DNA of 64,000 bases from an uncultured Nitrososphaeraceae archaeon (GTDB taxonomy: Archaea > Thermoproteota > Nitrososphaeria > Nitrososphaerales > Nitrososphaeraceae), in contig CAVXZB010000032.1 in the NCBI GenBank assembly GCA_963765895.1, forward strand, positions 13,015 through 77,014. The letters are read 5' to 3'. Of the stretch, positions 58,901 to 64,000 are shown piece by piece. Position numbers and translations under genes: made by a program. How positions within the stretch are numbered: the stretch's first letter is position 1; each line of letters starts with the position of its first letter. Under the pieces are notes generated by a model. That model saw only the letters and a program-made list of their open reading frames with translations. It was not told the origin of the DNA and did not search any database.

Positions 58901-61162
58901 GACTAGAAAGAGAGTATGGAGAAACTCCTATTTCTATAGTTGTCATTATAAATTCTCTTCCGATAGTCTAAACCATCATTGCCTTTTTTAAGCAATTATC
59001 AAGTAAGCAATGCAAAGTTACTTTGTATGATCCATGTCCTTGGGCTGGTTCAATGCTAAGACTTGACGTTGTTATAGCCTATTGTTATTAGGCATATGAT
59101 TCCAAATATTGGTGGTGGTAGCTGAATCTATTTTCAATGGATTGTAAAGTTGGCTATGTAAGTATCGACTACCTGAATCCCACTTAAATCAATATAAGGA
59201 AAGGACTAAGGGTTGTATGAAATATCATATGGATTGGGCATGTAGCAGTTGTTGTCGTAGCAATGGATATGATCACTACTATATTAGTATCCCGCAGTAC
59301 CTGTTATCTATGCGTAAAACATAACTATACACCAGTAACAAACAATACTTCTATAACGATGCCGTCAATAGCAGAGCTGAACTCAACTACAATTATTAAT
59401 GTATAAATGCTAAATTAGACTAATCTATGGCTAGAAATCATATAACACAACGAAACCTAGCAAATAGCCCCAGAAATAAATTTGTAAGGCAATATGTATT
59501 ACTGACGAATAATAATATGGAACTACCAAGCTAGGTATTAACCATATCGCATAGCTAGTTCCTTGGTGGATACTCCAATTTTAGGGGTCACTACTGCTAA
59601 ATAGTCGGTATCTCTATATTCTTTGTGAGAAAATTAGGATTAGTAATAGCATTGGCAGTCGCAGCATCAATTGTAGGTACATGTGTCCTTATCAACTGTA
59701 AAAAGAAACGTAGTAATGCCTTAGCCGATACTGATCTTGATCTGTCTATGTCTGGTTAGTATTAGCATCGACTGCTGATGCAATATCTTCAGTTAGACTC
59801 AGTCAGTAAGTATCATGTTGTCTTAGTTTTTGCAATATTGTTATAAACTGCTGGCTGGGTATCTGCGGACAATAGATTGTTTTCATAAGTAAAGATAAAT
59901 TATTAGTTTAAAGTCTGTTAGAATAGATAATGTCGGCCGATGGATGTAACCATTACACAACCAATAAAATAATGAAGTCGGATTACAGTCGGAATTGTCA
60001 GTTGGCCAGAACTATATTGGTAATGGTCGGGATCATTTATGAGTATGTCGATTACGCAACATCATTTATGAAAATTGGTAGTCACAGACTATTCAATGAA
60101 CTGAACTATGTCGGCTGATATGTCTTCTTGCGAGCAGAAGGGTTCAGTCGTAATGGTGATATATTGTCCTGCCTGGAGCCTTAATTAGGCAGAATGTATA
60201 TAGATAATTGCTGTTCGAAGCTTCATGCGATCGACTGAATCTAGTTAGTATGTCATAGATTGGCAATCACTATCCTCTAGGACGCTGGATTCGGTTTGCG
60301 ATCGTTTGGTTCACTCTATCTAGTATTAATTAAAAATATGATGCACAAATCTCTGTTTGTTGCAGGTTTTAACAGTCAATTAACTTGAGACAGACATTAG
60401 CTCAATTGAAAACTGAGGATATGAAGTGGATATAAAGTCATTATATAGTTTTGAGTAATGTACTGTAATACTTATGCTCATAAACAAATCAGGCAATCTA
60501 GAGTATTTCTCTAATCTGTATCAAGATGCACATTCAATATCTGCTTTGTTCATTGAAATAAACGCATTGGTATGGATACAGTGGGGTGGATCATTATTGT
60601 AGGCACAGTAAATGAGCTTGAATCACTTGGTATTAGCGTAAAGAAAATGAACGAGCTAAATGACGATTATGAGCTCGAGAACCTGATCGAAAATATAAAA
60701 CAAACATGGATTCAAGATTATAAAACTTGTTATAATGATAAATAGGCGATTTCGAACGTCAGACAACATCTTTTAATTTTGTGTCATATAACAAATCTTC
60801 ATGATACCGTATTCTCTAACATCAAAATACTCAAGTCGTAATGTGAAACTACCAGAGTAATTCGTATTTCATACATTCCTATGGAAGGTCGTCATACTAT
60901 TATCGGACATGAAAGTTTTACAATTAACACTTTATTTATTTAAATAATACACTATACAACGGTTGTATTTGATACGCAGTCATATTCTCAGACTCAACAA
61001 TCAGACTCGATAAGATGAGACTGAATAGATGGTTTTCGACTGCTCATAGCAAAAATGTTGGAATTAGGGATTAGTAGAGATCTCTTCTTGTCGAAATAGA
61101 TTATGCTAAGCCTATTATTTTATAGTATTAAATCCCATGTAGTTTATCGTTTATTGTTATAA

Positions 61163-62340
61163 CATGAAGCCGAAAAGGATAATAATACTAATAGTAACAC
61201 TATCGCCACTATAAATTGGTATGATATAATAAATCAAGATACTAGAAGTATAGATGATGTATACCTAGGCAAGGTCAAGGGACTATATGAACCACTTATA
61301 GTTATTGAGAAGGGTAGAAATAAATAAAGAAAAACTCTATATTCCAAAATCTGTTATTGAAAAATATTCAGCCAATGTATTGTACCTCGGTATAACAGAA
61401 CAGGAAGCAAAGGATATATACACACGAGAATCGCCCCCATCAGCAGATGAGATCAAGCAGATAGAGACAATTACAGAAAATAGGATTCTGGCATCTAGAA
61501 GAAATAATGGAACCCAGAGAACAACAAGAAGCTGGGGAAGTAAAAAAACAACGACAACAGCCAAAAAGTGAAGAGGAAGAAATCATTAAAAAGCTAAAAT
61601 ATGTGACAACTGAACTTAAAGACTTATAAATTTCTGGAGCTAAGGTAGCAAAAGAAAAGATAAATGAAGGAAAAGATATTACACAAGAAAAGATAAAAGA
61701 ACAACGAGAAGCGGCAGAGGAAAGAAAAGCTGAAAATGATGCAAAAAAGATATCTAAAATGGGAGATTTAGCATTACAGTTTTCAACTTATTTGATAAGA
61801 TGTTACTCAGAGATTTCATTAACCAGAACGTATGCAGAACAGAACAGATTTACAAAGGATTCATAAGGTTAATACAAATGCAACGTAAACTTCTTGTTGC
61901 AAGAAAAGAGTTAGCTACCAAGTTAAAAGATTCGGTAGATAAACCAATCCTCATCATCAAGAATAATGACAATGTTAAAACAGCCAGAGTTAACACAAGA
62001 CACTCAAAATCAACTTAACAAGGCATCTGAACTGCCCATGCCACAACCACAACTCCCTGAAAACAATTCGTACTGCTGAAAAGAAGAAGAAGAAAAAATA
62101 AAATCAAAACCTTGGATAAAAATGGTCACCAAGAAAGATTCTGATATTGAAGTAATACATGATGAGGAATTGCCAGCAATGCCGTAGTCACCATCATTGT
62201 AGTCAAATGCAGCTGCTGAATCACCTTCTACAGAGATTCCATCTAGCGAATTCATTTCTAAAAAAGAGAAGGAAAAGAAGGAATGGCTATAGAAAGAGAA
62301 AATTAGCTAATGAAAAAAGGGGTAGCAGGAATAAGAGTAA
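61163..62340 (+). pseudogene. Frameshifted duplicate of 49369-50577
   Basis: Long near-identical DNA with several indels and stops. Confidence 0.9.
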
Positions 62341-62456
62341 CTGAGCAATATATTTAGAATGTAGTATACTTGGCTTTAGTCTGCGAGATCGCGTGCCCGT
62401 AGATATCCTTGTACATATGTGTTATTTTGAAATATTCTTAAGTCTTTTTGCAATTC

Positions 62457-63019
62457 TTAGTTTTTAGAATCAATTACATTTACCTGTTCTTCTAACAGTT
62501 TCTTGTAACCCGCGAGCAACTTCTCCTGAGTTTTATAATCTTCTCTTGCTATTTCAAACATTATTTTTTCATATACTAAAACTACATTATCTGCATGTAT
62601 TCCAAGAGCCTGAATGTCTCCTGCGTTCGTCTGTGTACCCATCTCAATTTCTTCAATAGATTTATCCTTAAGTTCATTCATCTATCTTTTCTGTCTCCGT
62701 CACTGCTTTTTTGCCCTTAAAGACTTTATCATCTCTATGAATGATTGCCCTGCTTCTTTAGCTTTGGCAGCAAGAACAACTGATTGTTCTCCTTCTGCTT
62801 TTTCTTATCTTGTTCTCCGGCTGAGGAATTCTCTATTTGATTATTTTCTTTATATTCAACCTCTGATGGGTTTATAGCTACTACCTTTTCTTTCTTCAGC
62901 TGGTTTTTTTGCAGTCAACTCATTGTCTTTCTCTATCAGTGCTTCAGATGGATATGTAGTAGTAGATTCTTGAGAATTTAATAATTCTCAATCTCCTCCT
63001 TGTTTTTCTCATTGCTCAT
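62457..63019 (-). pseudogene. Frameshifted hydrophilic/helical protein (longer version of 50536-50781)
   Basis: Pieces MSNEKNKEE, VVLAAKAKEAGQSF and EIAREDYKTQEKLLAGYKKLLEEQVNVI. Confidence 0.65.
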
Positions 63020-64000
63020 AATGTACATAAAGGTCTTTATACTTAATAAAAAATTTGAAGCCTATGAAAAATATGGTAGACAAGCTTTACGTTATAACTG
63101 AAACTATTATTAATATATCAGTTTATGGATGAATGCAAGGCACTCACTAACAAAATATTAGCCCGAATTAACGGATCCAAGCTAACAATAAATCATTATT
63201 ATCTAATCTTATCAAATAAATATGATGATATTATAGTATGTTTTTTTAAAACCGTTCCTAGAACAAGGCCATGAAAACTCAAATAGACAACGAATCCTCA
63301 AGTAAGAACAAAGAAGCTTTTAAACTAGGCTCTTCAATTGCCAAATTGATAACATCTTCTTGGAATTGTCAGGAAAAACTAGAGAAAGTCTACATTTTTA
63401 ACCGAAGAGTTCATCATAGTGGGGTTGAGGCTTTGTTAGGTTTAAGGAGTATTTTCAGAAAATCATAACCTATACCTTCTGAAATATTATCAGGATTAGG
63501 GAAGCTGTAACTCGAGATGATTATGCCGACAAGACCAATTCGTCTTCAATAAAGCCTACAGATAATGTTGGTTATAATGGTACCCATATCATATTCACGC
63601 ATCCTCGTTGTCATCTTCTACATCGACTACGAGTAATCCATCGAATACAAGATCGTTATTATTGGCTATCAATTGAACGAAAAGGCTAATAACACATCAA
63701 CTATTAGGAAAACAAAAAAATCATCGCCAAGTTACCAGAATATGAAAGAGCAGATTGTCTATTTTATTGTTCACGTTAAATATGCGAATATCATCAGTTA
63801 TTTTCTACTTGAGTAGCAACATTTTGACGGAACGCTATCAACAGTCAACGTTAGAAGAATTCAGAACTATCGACGTAGACGAATCAAAACATATTCTCAC
63901 AGTCAGCTATTATGTAAAGTGGGAGGGCATTCTCTTGTTATGATGAGGAATACAACTTGGTAATGGTGGATAACTTGGGTGGAATACAAACAATGAATAA

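Overview
Low-GC archaeal DNA. The gene families point to a soil ammonia-oxidising archaeon (Nitrososphaeraceae); this is an inference from protein families. Left part (1 to ~23.6 kb): a probable integrated mobile element or island. It is bounded by the 3' end of an AAA+/wHTH replication-type gene and a convergent, frameshifted tyrosine recombinase. About 15 copies of a ~25-bp motif (TGAAAGAAAWWTTACCCCCTTAGTAGT) punctuate it; ten of them form five inverted pairs that separate mostly co-oriented cargo blocks. Cargo includes a GMC oxidoreductase, a lipase, a ferritin-like pair, a PsbP-like protein, a STAND-TPR protein with a partner sharing an amyloid-like motif, and a NACHT-pentapeptide gene with an internal inversion. 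This cassette-like array with non-canonical sites is the main candidate novel system. Right part (24-64 kb): a decayed accessory region with IS elements, stress-type genes (dodecin, DUF2795, Hsp20, TrxB, PRC-barrel-like paralogues), many pseudogenes and a decayed segmental duplication. No rRNA, intact tRNA or CRISPR array was seen. Many frameshifts may be assembly errors.
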